This document shows, in pieces, positions 40,675 through 62,219 of a stretch of 64,000 bases of DNA. The stretch is from the human T2T-CHM13v2.0 reference genome, Homo sapiens. Position numbers and translations under genes: made by a program. Numbering within the stretch: position 1 is the stretch's first letter; each line of letters starts with the position of its first letter. The stretch is taken from assembly GCF_009914755.1 (NCBI RefSeq), contig NC_060937.1; one strand, written 5' to 3'. The notes beneath the pieces were generated by a model. The model was not told the origin of the DNA and ran no database searches. It saw only the letters and a list, made by a program, of their open reading frames with translations.

Positions 40675-41742
40675 TGTGTCTGGAATTGGTGGGTTCTTGG
40701 TCTCAATGACTTCAAGAATGAAGCCGTGGACCCTCGCGGTGAGTGTTAGTTCTTAAAGATGGTGTGTCAGAAGTTTGCTCCTTCTGGTGGGTTCGTGGTC
40801 TCACTGGCCTCAGGAGTGAAGCTGCAGACCTTCGCAGTGTTACAGCTCACAAAGGCAATGCGGACCCAAAGACTGAGCAGCAGCAAAATTTATTGCAAAG
40901 AGCTAAAGAACAAAGACTCCACAGCGTGGAAGGGACCCGAGCCGGTTGCCGGGGCTGGCTTGGGCAGCCTGCTTTTATTCCCTTATCTGACCCCACCCAC
41001 ATCCTGCTGATTGGTCCATTTTACAGAGAGCTGATTGGTCCGTTTTGACAGGGTGCTGTTTGGTGCGTTTACGAACCTTGAGCTAGACACAGAATGCTGA
41101 TTAGTACATTTACAATCCTTTAGCTAGACACAACAGTTCTCCAAGTCCCCACTGGACTCAGAAGCCCAGCTGGCTTCCCCTAGTGGATCCCGCACCAGGG
41201 CCGTGGGCAGAGCTACCCGCCAGTCCTGCGCCGCGCGCCGGCACTCCTCAGCCCTTGGGCGGTCAATCGGACAGGTCGCTGCGGAGCAGGGGGCAGCGCC
41301 CTTCAGGAGCGGGGGTGGTGCCGGCTCGGGCATGGCAGGCTGCAAGTTCCGAGCCCTGCCCCGTGGGGAAGCGGCTCAGGCCCGGCGAGAATTCGAGCGC
41401 AGCGCGGACGGGCCAGCAGTGATGGGGAACCCAGCTCACCCTCCACAGCTGCTGGCCCGGGTGCTAAGCCCCTCCTTAACTGGGGCCGGCAGCACCCACC
41501 AAGCCAGCGCCCACCCAGAACTCTGCCCGGGAGCGCCGTGCGCAGCCCGGGTTCTCGCCGGCGCCTCTCCCTCCACACCTCTCCACAAGCAAAGGGAGCC
41601 GCTCTGGCCGCGGCCAGCCCAGAGAGGGGCTCCCACAGTGCAGCCGCGGGCTGAAGGGCTCCTCAAGCATGGCCAGAGTGGATGCCGAGGCTGAGGAGGC
41701 ACCGAGAGCGAGTGAGGCCTGTTAGCACGTTGTCACCTCTCA
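40675..41742 (-). mobile_element. LTR12 (ERV9) solo LTR inserted into the central linker of an Alu (arms about 40535-40670 and 41747-41936)
   Basis: Minus strand begins TGAGAGGTGACAACGTGCT and ends ACCCACCAATTCCAGACACA. 4-bp TSD ATAT (40671-40674 and 41743-41746), repeated CCAATCAGC motifs, CpG-rich. Confidence 0.93.
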
Positions 41743-42430
41743 ATATTAAAAAATACAAAAAAATAAAAATTAGTCAGGCATGGGTGGCACGCGCCTGTAT
41801 TCCCAGCTACTCAGGAGGCTGAGGCACAAGAATCGCCTGAACCTGGCAGGCGGAGGTTGCAGTGAGTCAAGATTGTGTGTGTCTGTGCCTGGGTGACAGA
41901 GTGAGACTCCGTCTAAAAAAAAAAAAAAAAAAAAAAGACTATTCAGGGGCTTTTGAATAAAATCTGCTCTAACCACACAAAGACCGAAGATCAAAGCCAC
42001 TGAAAACACTACTTACTATTTGCCAGGCACCAAAATTATCTGTGGAATTGTAGAGAATGGAGACAGTTATAGTTCCTCCTGTGAATTCATGCTTTATATT
42101 AAATGAACTGTACAGTACTTTCTTTCTTCTCCCTTAAAATTGTTTTTAGACTCTGGGGCATGAAGTTTATGTTAAATAACCAAATAAACATGGAAGGTTA
42201 TCAGCTCCAAAGTCTTTAACCACAACGTATGATAGAGATCCAGCCATCTGGAACTAAGATTCATGTTTAAGCTCAACAAGCACTGAGGATCTAAGGATCA
42301 GATGAAAGGTGCCTGGTCAACAGCAAAGGGCCACATGCAGGATGTTGCTGTAATTGGGAAGGCAGGGCTCCACTAGGTGTCAGGCGTGATATGGTTAAGC
42401 TTGAGCAAAAGCAAGTACAACAGATTGTAT

Positions 42431-44593
<2,163 letters not shown>

Positions 44594-45905
44594 TAAGTTA
44601 TGCCAGCTATTTCCATTGATAATATCCAATTTAAAGAGCATGCTCAATTTACTCATTTTAATCCTTAAAGAAAAATTTAGCAGAAAAAGTCCTTAAAGAA
44701 ATAAAAAGAACACATACTGAGGCTGAGTTTATATTTGAATGTATCTGTTTTTTTGTTGTATGTTTGAATGAAGACCTAGAGAAAACATGGCAACATTCAC
44801 TTTCAAGAGTGAGAGAATGAAGTGGAGCAGGAATAGAATCAGTACATAAATCCTGTCAACATTTATTAGCATTTGCAAATCTGACTCACAAAACCTCAGC
44901 CTAATCAGACTGGATTTTTGCATGTCATGACAACAGCATACAACATTGTTTCTGGAGGGATCAGCTGCGGCAGCCTCCTACTGTCCTTTGGTGACAAGGC
45001 TTTAATGACTCCATAAATGTATGCTGCCCAGCTGCTGCCCGCTTAATTAGACGATGATTTCCACTTGATTGAACCTGCCCAGCAGCCAGTTGTCACCTAA
45101 CGTTCACAGGAGACCACACTGGTCTCTTTCAGAACTACCAGGATCAGTCACACGAGTTCTATGGTTCCTACAACATGGCAGTATACTGTTTGATTTAGGA
45201 CTTGAATCATATTTCTCCCTTTTTAAGAATATACCCTTCTCTGCCAGAAGGTTGTTACTTCTCAGATTAAAGATGTGAAAGGAAACCTTCCAAGGCTCAT
45301 CTTAATTGGACATATACATCATCACTTTAGTATACAGGGATGGGATGACAAATGCTAATCCGGGTATGGAATATGGCAAGGAGGATTCACACTAAGAGGA
45401 CAGAGAAGAGAATTACATTTACTGAACTCTGGCAAGTGCCAGGTGCCTTACATCTTTGCCATTCAAACACGGTTCATGAACCACAGCCTGGCACTCACTT
45501 GGGAGCTGGTTACCAATACAGAATCTTGGATGATCCCTGGATGATTTGTGTGCATGGCCAAGCTTGAGAAGCACTACGCTAAGTTATAAGGCTTTATTTA
45601 ATTCTCACAGCCGTTTGAAGAAAACATTATTTCCATACTTCACAGGTAAGAAAACTAAGAAAATTTCCTTCCTTCTTTTCCTCCTCATTACAGAAAGGAT
45701 TTGCAGGGGAAAGGGGCATGCCCAAGTTTCTGAGCTGGTCATCGGGAAAGCTGGCATTCAAGGGTGCATCTGCTGCATCCCAAAGGCCCTTGTTCTTTCC
45801 ACCTTCCCCCACCGCCCCAGGCTCCTTGGATGATGGTCAGACTCCACCTAGAACCGTGTTTAGGAACTGATACTGCATTCATTCTTTCATTCATTCATCC
45901 ATTAA

Positions 45906-46505
<600 letters not shown>

Positions 46506-46559
46506 TCTGGTACTGCATTTGAAAATGCAACCTGTGGCATGTATGAGGGTGACAAGTTT

Positions 46560-48400
<1,841 letters not shown>

Positions 48401-48502
48401 CAGGCTATAGAAGGAGGATCCCAAGATCTACGCCCCAGAATCTCGTCCCAAAGCCTAGCACCAAAACAGCAAAGCAGTCGTCCTTCAAGAAAACTGAAGG
48501 CA

Positions 48503-49014
<512 letters not shown>

Positions 49015-49717
49015 TCAGACTACACCATGACAAAAGTGTGGAAGCAACAACCAGGCAGAGGTTTATTAGGAAACAGGTCAACCTCCATGGCCAAGCACAC
49101 ATCAGACAGCGAGAGCTGCCTGCCGCGTCTGCACTTTTACCCTTCTTCGGCCATCCTCTCGCCCAGACCTTCATCTTCAAAAGAACCAAGAGCCCCCAGC
49201 CTGCCCTGAGGTGCCTCTGGAGCTACCCTCCTGCTCTTCCTCCGCCCACCACCAAACCTCCTGCAGGGCTTTCATCTACTGCCCAGCTTCTCCTCTACCT
49301 GGCCTATAAGCCTTTGGCTTCTGGAGCCTCCCTCCCATCAATCCCACTCTCACCATTGACTTCCTGGTTGCCAGGTGCCTCACCTTTTATTTTCTTTCTT
49401 TTTTTTTAATGGTGCTACAGCAATTTATCAGTGTTCTTGAAATTCCATTCTGTGGATCCCAGGACCCCAGCACTCTCCTGGTTCGTGGTCTTTCCCACTC
49501 TCTCCTAGGATAGATATTTTAAAAGATTCTGCTCTTATTCCTCAGCTCTTTCACCCTTCTGTTCTCTCTAGCTCAGCAAAAGCAGTCATACCTGGGGCTT
49601 CGTGCTATCTCCCCCAACTCAGAAAAGAATTCCCAGCACTCTCTCTTCTGCCCTGACTCTGTCTCTCCAACTCAATTCACATTTTTCAATTGCCTTCTGG
49701 CCATTCTCTCTCTCTTC

Positions 49718-50007
49718 TTTTTGAGATGGGGTCTCACTCTGTCACCTAGGCTGGAGTGCAGTGGCGTAATCATATCTCACTGCAGCCTCAATCTCCTGGG
49801 TTCAAGTGATCCTCCTACTTCAGCCTTCTGAGTAGCTGGGATCACAGGCATGCAGCACCACGCCCAGCTAATTTTTCGTAGAGATGAGGCTTCACTATGT
49901 TAGCAAGGCCTCACTATGTTAGCAAGGCTGGTCTCGCAACTCCTAGCCTCAAGCAATCCTGCCTCGGCCTCCCAAAGTGCTTATTACAGGTGTGAGCCAC
50001 TGCCCAG
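49718..50007 (-). mobile_element. AluJ within L2-like sequence
   Basis: Reverse Alu with an internal 19-bp duplication and pyrimidine-rich L2-like flanks. Confidence 0.82.
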
Positions 50008-50338
50008 CACTATTCTCTCTTAACTGCACACGAGGACCCCCGACTCATAGTTCTAAAGCCAGATTTTGCTGTCTTAGTTAACATGATCACCATTACCCAT
50101 GTTGCTCAGGGCCTAAGCCCCAAGATCATGTCCACCCCCAATCTACAAGTGGCCACTTTGACTTACCACATTCTCCCCTGGAAAGTCTCTCACAGTTAGC
50201 TTTCCTCCCCATTTTAAGTTCCAACACCACCTCAGCTTGCCTCTCTCTTTTTTTTAAATGACTCCCCACACTACAGCAGTTGCTTTTTGTTGCTCTTCTT
50301 GCCCCTCAACTCCATCCTTTCCAATCCAACCTGCACCA

Positions 50339-50775
50339 TGTTGAGAGACAATTCTCCATGAATATCTCACATCCTGCACTGTCTGGGTCTCTGAGCAAAG
50401 ACATTTATATCAATTTTAAGAATGTTTCTATAATGAGCCTTTCCAGAGTAGTAAACCTGGGAGACAGCTCCCTCCAGAGAGGTTCTAGGGTGGTAAAGAT
50501 CAAGACCTCACCTTCTCCTCCTCAGAGGTTTACATTCCTAAGATAAGGTCTCTCCAGAGAGAAGTATGGACAGGCCACCACCAGCTCACAATAAGATGGA
50601 CGCGTAGTTCTGGAGTTCCTTTCTTGTAACGCATCCCACTGCATGTACAGGCAGTAACATCTGGCCTTCATTATGTTGTCCTGTGGGGTTTGGGCCTTGG
50701 GGAATCAAACTGGACTACCTTGTTAACTTCTAAGTTGGGTAAAATCTCGGACGCTAGAGTTTCTGACTTAACACA
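50339..50775 (+). mobile_element. Probable ERVL solo LTR (LTR40-like)
   Basis: Starts tgttgagagacaattctccatg, resembling LTR40-type 5' ends. Family assignment is tentative. Confidence 0.5.
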
Positions 50776-51345
50776 TCACCACTAAATTATCTTTATGAAG
50801 ATCTGCTTTGGCCACGTGACTTCCCTGCTTGAAATCCTTCAGTGGCTTCTCACTACAGAATACAATTCTTACCTGTCACCTTTCCAGCTGGTCCTCCCAC
50901 TTCTTATGTAAACCCTGTGCTCCTGTCAATCTGGACTACAGGATGTGTTCCATACACAGGCATTCATATCTTGCCTCATGTTTCTGGCCATGCCTGAATG
51001 CTATACATAGATTGCAGAAGAGATAAAATTTTATCCATGAAGCACCAGTGCCTAGGCTGCCCACAGCGACCTCAGAATGGTGACCCCACCATTTCCTTCT
51101 TCTAGTATGTTGCCATGGCTCCTTCCAGGTAGGCTGATGGGAAGTCAGCCTGCCCTCTGCTGTAGTCATAACGAGCTGAACTGATGACCAGTGCTGGGGC
51201 CCAAGGTGACTGCACTCTGGTTGGACATCTGGGAAATGAACTGCCCCTGGGAATGCTTGGCTTGAAACTGTCCAACAGGATAGCTTTCAATTTGATGGCA
51301 GCCAAAAAACCTACAGAGCTCCTCTCTTTAAGAAGTGTCAGGGGG

Positions 51346-53097
<1,752 letters not shown>

Positions 53098-53383
53098 GAA
53101 TTCTATAAATAAAGGAGTTGAGAGAAACATTCACTGTCCCTTATCTCTACATGTTGATTATCAGAATAAAAAGAATTCCAGCAACATCAGTCATGGGCAC
53201 AAAGCCAACCCGTAAACATTTACAGAACTCGATGATTACCCAAAACTCGGCTTGCTTTCTCAATACTACTGACTTTGGCTTCACATTAGCCACAGGTGTG
53301 TCTAGAGTTAAACAAGGTCAACTTTACAAAAAAAAAAAAAAAAACAAACTGATACTTGGGCATAGTTTAAAAAAAACTTAAAA

Positions 53384-53414
53384 GTGTGTGTGTGTGTGTG
53401 CGTGCGCGTGTGTG
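53384..53414. repeat. (TG)n/(CG) alternating purine-pyrimidine tract
   Basis: gtgtgtgtgtgtgtgtgcgtgcgcgtgtgtg. Confidence 0.9.
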
Positions 53415-53529
53415 GTGGGGGGCGGGGCATTTCAATATAAATGCCTTAAACACAACCTTCCTGGCTATTTTATAAAATGGGTTGAATCTCTAAGGACACA
53501 TATTTCCTAAGACCTCGACTGATACACAG

Positions 53530-53712
53530 AGTGCAAACTTGGGAGCCAGACTAGACTGCCTCAGAATCATGCCAGCTGTGTGGCACTGGAAAGTCACCTA
53601 ATTTTGCAGCGCCTACCTTCACCTCTGTAAAATGGGGAACAATAATAACTAATTTATGGATGCTGTAAAGATCTGAAATTTTAAACTCAGTAATGCGCCT
53701 GGCACACATTAG
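53530..53712 (+). mobile_element. MIR
   Basis: ggagccagactagactg...cctctgtaaaatggggaacaataata...gcctggcacaca. Confidence 0.75.
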
Positions 53713-53989
53713 ACACGGGTGTTTCGTTTGTCTTGGCAAAGGCTTCGGGTTTTGCGACAATAGCCTTGCTGCCTCCGGAGCAAGCATCTCTCCTTGCCCC
53801 CTCTGGGGCATTTAAAAATGACCTCAATTCTACTCTCAATTATGTCCAGTTCAACAGTTACGTGCAGGTTACAAAGCCGAGGAAGCTGAGGTATCTTCTA
53901 AACTAACATAGCACGTACAGAATTTTTTTAAAGTTTGGTGGAGGAATCGGCAGCACAAGGTAAGCTGCGCTCTGTTCACAGACCTGGGA

Positions 53990-54670
<681 letters not shown>

Positions 54671-54978
54671 TAGGGCCACACCTTTTGATGTTGTTTCACT
54701 TTTAACAAGGCTCAAACTTTAAGCCACAAAGTGAAGCCTAGGTAGTGGAAATTTTGCCAGTAGACCGGGGCAGAATTTTAGGGGCAAAAGGTTTTAATTA
54801 GGCTGCAGCAAGCCTTACCAGGGAGGCTGGGGGCCAAGGGAGTTTTCAGCCACCAGCCGGCTTAAAGCCTTTATGGCCTACTCTGACAATCTTTCCATTT
54901 CTTAAAAATCCAGAAAAGTAGAAGGGTGGGTGAGAGGAGCGGTAAGTCCTATTGGCTTGGCGATAGATGCGTTTAATC

Positions 54979-55908
<930 letters not shown>

Positions 55909-55949
55909 AACCTACATTATTTAACATCACAACAACCCTATGAGGTCGG

Positions 55950-56236
55950 TGAAATAAGCCAGTCACAAAAACATACTTATGATTCCACTTACAGGAAATA
56001 TCTAAAATAATCAATTTGCAGAAACAAAATAGAATGATGGTTACCAGGGGTGGGGCGGGGCGGGAGTGGGGGGGGGCGCGGGGAAAAGTGGAGTGTTATT
56101 TATTCGGATAGTTTGATTTGCAAGATGATGTTCTGGAGATTGGTTGCACAACAACGTGAACATACTTTACTGAGCTGCACACTTAAAAATGGTTAAGATG
56201 GCAAATTTTATGTGTATTTTACAGTTATTAAAAAAA
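55950..56236 (+). mobile_element. L1MB 3' end
   Basis: gtgaaataagccagtcacaaa...atgattccactt...cacttaaaaatggttaagatggcaaatttt. Confidence 0.8.
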
Positions 56237-56249
56237 ATGCTGGCACTGA

Positions 56250-57865
56250 ACACAAGAAATTTTTCCCTTAGTCACTTCCTATACCATTTTTTATAGCAGT
56301 TAACACCAGATAGAATGATCCTTGTTTACACACTTATTGCTAATCTCCTGCCACTATAATGTAAGTCTTCAAGGCCAGGGGTTGTGGCTAGCTTTTTTAT
56401 TGCTGTATCCCTGGCACCTATTACAGAGTTTGGCATATATTAGCTGCTCAGTTAAATAACTGGCGACTGAGTATGGTCAATCTAGCCACCTATGCTCTGG
56501 ATCCTGTCCTGTAACTAACTTATCATCCTTTAGGGACCACTCGGCCCACCTCCCCTTCAGAGCAAAATAGAAACTTAATGAAAAAACTGATCAGATCCCC
56601 TGTCTTCATGTCTTGACCCTGCTCCTCAGTCCTTTCTACTCTGGTTTCTGCCTTATCACACTGATATAGCTCTCACTAAGGTGACTACTGGCCTCCACAT
56701 CACTGAACCCCAAGAACAGTTCATTTTCTTAGTGTAGTTTACTTCTCAGCAGCATCCCAGCACTGAAATATTTTTCCTTTGGTTTTCTGAGAATACAGCC
56801 TCCTTAGCCATTCTGTTTCCTTTGCAAGTGCATCTTCCACTACAAATGCCTAGTGAATGCTGCAGCTCCACAACCCAGTCCTCGGCCCTGTTCTCACTCC
56901 AGACCCCAAATCCAGGCAGTCTCATCCTTACCCTCTGCTTTAATGACCAGCAAAACCTGCAGAGAACTCAAATCTCTAGCCTGGTCCTATTCTCTGGACT
57001 CCAGACCAGTATTTCCAACTGCCCTACTTGACAGTCACTTGGATGTCTCAATATAACCCAAACTGAGCTCATCACTTTCCACCCCAATGTCTGATTCTCC
57101 TTCCTATCTCATGTTACTTCCACTCATCAGTTACTACAACCCGGAAACCTAGAAATCATCCCCGATACTTCTCTCTCCCCAAACTTGGCATCTAAGGCAT
57201 CACCAACTCCTCCTCAGCAGCCAAGTATTTCTTGATTCCATGCATTTCATGGACCTGTTCACCATCTCGTCTGTGCTTCACTCACTAATGTGACCAGCGA
57301 CCTCTACATCACTAAATCCAAAGGACGTTTTCTGTCCTTAGCCTTACCAACTAGTGATCTTTATTAATCTATTATCCCTCTTGCTTAATGATGATCTTCA
57401 TATAGAATACCAAAATCCTTTTTATGACTTACTAGACTGTGGGGTCTGGCCCCTCCCTATCTCTTTAGCCCTTTCCCATTCCCCTATTAATCCTCCTCTC
57501 CATTATAATCTTTCATCTAGCTATACTTGCTTTCTTTCACTTCCTCAAATACCCCATGGTGCTTCCCACAAGGCTTTGTACAGACTCTTCCCACTGCTGG
57601 AAAGCTTTTCCAGTCAATGTGCCCAATAAACTCCTGCCTTTTCACCACGATCAGTGAAATTTTGGCTGGCACTTTTTAAGGGCTCAACATTAGCCTGGTT
57701 ATCACCTTTCTCAGTAGCCAATTTCCTCTAGTATGTGTATCATTGTATACCTCTTTTTTTCTAACATTTGTCAAAACTTGTCTTTTTTTTTATTCCTGTT
57801 ATTTTTACAAGTATCCTGTGCCATAGCACAGTACCTGGCACGGGACAGAGTATTCAGTATTCGAA
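56250..57865 (+). mobile_element. L2 fragments
   Basis: ctctctggactccagacc...tatttccaactgcc...acttggatgtctc...aaactgagctc and gcacagtacctggcac are L2 motifs. Confidence 0.65.
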
Positions 57866-58403
57866 TATTTCTAAAGGCTTAGTCAGAATTCTTATTTATA
57901 TAAGACTGAAGACATCGAAAGGATACATATGTAGAATGTGATCTCATGAGAAAAACTAGGCTGAAGTAAATATGAAATTTATTCTTATGTTTAGAGTTGA
58001 AAAGGGTAGATGCCCAACGATTTGGGTTAAAGAGAGCTGATGATAAAGAGGGTGTGACTTGATCACAAACCTAATTATGATGAAGCTGGTAAAATAACTG
58101 AAAGACTCCCCCCACATTAATAGAATCAAAAGTCCAGATAATGGAATGTTCCCATTCATTCCAAAGTACTCAGAAACCAGTCACACCACACTCCTTATTG
58201 TTGGAATCCTTGGAGTACATCACGCTGACAGGAACCAGGTCCAGCAATGACTTTATAATGAGAATGGATGAAATGCAAGGGGTGTTCGAGTAAAAGAAAG
58301 CTGATTTAAAAAATGGATGAGTCTCCTCTGCTATCTGGAAATAACAAAGTCTACTCCCAATCAAAAACAGTTAATTTACAATGATGGAAATTTAAGTTTC
58401 TTT

Positions 58404-58671
58404 CTCTTTTGAGACAGGGTCTCAACTCTGTGGCCCAGGCTGAAGTGCAGTGGCACGATCTCGGGTCCAGTGTATGGCAGCCTCAGCCTCCAAAGTAGCT
58501 GGGACTACAGGCATGTACCGCCAGGCCCAGCTATTTTATTTATTTATTTTTTTTGTAGAGATGAGGTCTCACTATATTGCCCAGGCTGGTGTCAAACTCC
58601 TGGGCTCAAGTGATCCACTGACCTGGGCCTCCCAAAGTGCTGGCATTACAGGTGTGGGCCACTGCACCCAG
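58404..58671 (-). mobile_element. AluJ (internally deleted)
   Basis: Reverse Alu body. Confidence 0.82.
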
Positions 58672-59609
58672 GTTAAGAAAGGATCTTGTAGCAAGCAAAG
58701 CTAGCCAATAAATACAAGCTCCCTCAAAATGAGTACCTTGTTTCTCAAGCTCTTCTAACTTACTCCTGCAGGAATGTTTCCATAAAATACCCTGCCTCAA
58801 AAATCAGATTTTATGTTTAAAATATGTAAAATGTATACTTTATAACACTTTGGCTTGTATTACCAATAAAACTTTTACTTACCACCTAGTAAAGTTGCTG
58901 TCCCACGAAAGTGTTCCTTATCTTATGGTTTCTCACACTATTTGGCACAAGGCCCCATGCATCTTTGGGTACCACAGTTTAAGGGAATTCCTCAAGAAGG
59001 TGTATGGCAATTTGCTAGGGTAGGGAAGGGGGATGCTGTAGAAGAAATTCCCTGCAGAGAATACTTTCTTTATGGCATGGCTCGGCCATAGTTTCTGTTT
59101 TTAATAATTTAATAGATGATTGTAAGTTTTCTGATGAGGCCAATCTCTCAACAATGCTTCAAGTGATCTTCAAACTATGCTATGATTTTCTAGTACAACT
59201 CCAGTTTTCCCTAGATAACTTAAAGATTTTCAACTACAAGTGTTTGAAAAACACTGCCATAGGGTGTTGAGATTTGGGCAATTAACACATTTGATTGTTT
59301 TACAACCCTGTTTTTTAGCCACAGGATAAATTTAAGAGGTAACTAGTTGCTCCATATTTCTATTTCTTTATCCCAAGTCCCTTGAAATAGATGTTCAGTA
59401 CTACCTGGAGTTTCCTACAGATGATTTGGGAAATTAGGTTAGGCCTGCCTTCAATTTTTCCTAAAACTCAGAATGAAGAAAAGGCACATTTGTGTCTCCT
59501 TTCTTCATCTTATGCATCTGAGGAAAGCCTGGGACTGTTCATACAACAAAAAAGTCATGATTTAGGCTGTCTCATTTGAGTGGAGTTTTCTATAGGAATT
59601 GATTTAGGA

Positions 59610-60613
<1,004 letters not shown>

Positions 60614-60969
60614 CTTCAGGATGACCCTTCTGAAAGAAATGATGGCAAGATTGTATGAGTACTATCACATTTACTTATACACCAACTTCTTTTAAAAGTA
60701 ATTTGCAGTGGCATTATACAAAAGTAAACATTTCTATACTCAAAAGTTTGGCTGCTCCTTTGTTCTTTTAGTTAATGCAAGATTTCATTTAGTGCCATAA
60801 CCTTTACCTAACAGGTTAAAACTTTTAGGTTTGCTCTGATTACTATTTTCCATAGTTACATGTTTTCAAGGGGTAGCCAGGTCTTAAAGTTTGAGTTTTT
60901 GTTTCATCAGTCACAATCATACCATCATCTCAAATAAATGGACTTTTTCTAAGTTATAGTATTTAAACC

Positions 60970-61243
60970 TGAGACACATAGGGAGAATGCCATGTGATGA
61001 CGGAGGCAGAGACTGGAGTGATGCAGCTACAAGCCAAGGAATGCCAAGGATTGCCAGGAACCACCAGAAGCTAGGAAGAGGCAAGGAAGGATCATCCCCA
61101 TCGAAGTCCCCAGACAGAGCATGGCTCAGTCATCACCTTGATTTCAGACTTCTGGTCTCCAGAAGTGGATGACAATACATTTCTATTGTCTGAAACCACC
61201 TGGTTTGTGGTACTTTGTAATGGCAGCTTAGGAAACTAATATA
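60970..61243 (+). mobile_element. MLT1 (MaLR) LTR 3' part
   Basis: gccatgtgatgacggaggcagagactggagtgatgcagctacaagccaaggaatgccaagg...ggaaactaata. Confidence 0.85.
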
Positions 61244-61319
61244 GATTTTGGCAATTCTTATTTGTCACAGAATAGTCTCAAATCTAGCATTATTATCGAT
61301 CATCCTGGTTTGTTAGAGT

Positions 61320-62088
61320 TGAGATGGAAGAGGAACCCCTCTTAAGGGCCTGCCAGGTGCCCCACCAAGCATGGAAATAAAGGAAAATTTTGAGTTCCTT
61401 CAAGGGAAATTCCAGGCACCTAGCTAGCCCTATGAATAAATAAGAAACTTGATAAGCAAGAGAGTAATAGTAGCTTAAAACAACAGCCAAGGAAGTCACA
61501 GGATGTTTGGTTCCTTATAGAAACTAAAGATAACATCTTAACATATGTCCCTGAGTTGTTCTTCAGACACCTGGACCCCCACCAAATGGTCCACTGGCCA
61601 GGGAAGGGGGAACTGAGGACTGAGCTCTGACTGCCATTCTTTGTTCTAAATGTCTTCCTGAGGGGCCTATAGGAAGTCACGCCCATGGGGCAGACTTAGC
61701 ATTCTTTTCTGCTGACCCCAAGTTTTTTGACAAAGCTTTGATTCCTTAATCAACTGCAAATAAGAAAATCTGTGAATTCACCTATGACCTATAAGTCACC
61801 CCCTGCCACCCTCGGCTTCAAGACAGCCCACCTTTCTAGGCCAAACCATTGTGTACTGATGTACAATTCTGCCTGTAATTTATGCTTTCCTGAAATTCAC
61901 CCCTGCCTTTAAAAACCCTTGCTTGTAAAGCCATGAGGGAAGTTGGGTCTTAAGTGTGAGCTGCCTCATTTTTCTTGTTTGGTGCCCTGCCTGCAGATAA
62001 ATGCCCTCCTTTTTCCTGCTGCAAAACCTTGCTATGAATGTTTGGCCTAACTGTGCCAGGTGAACAGACTCCAGTTTAGTTCAGTAAT
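61320..62088 (+). mobile_element. ERV1 (MER4-group-like) solo LTR
   Basis: tgagatgg...ccaagcatggaaataaaggaaa...gagttccttcaagggaaattccaggcacctagctagcc...cctgcctttaaaaaccct... Exact family not determined. Confidence 0.7.
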
Positions 62089-62219
62089 ATGGTGTGAAGG
62101 AGATATTAAAATACAGTAAAAGAGTAATTCATGATTTACCTCCATTGTGATTTTTAAAAAAATAATTCCAAATTTAAATTTAACCATACAGAAAACAAAC
62201 AAGTTATTTTCAGAAATAA

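Noticed and set aside
41124-41702. Overlapping long GC-rich ORFs and an apparent CpG island
   Set aside because: They lie wholly within the LTR12; stop scarcity reflects GC content.
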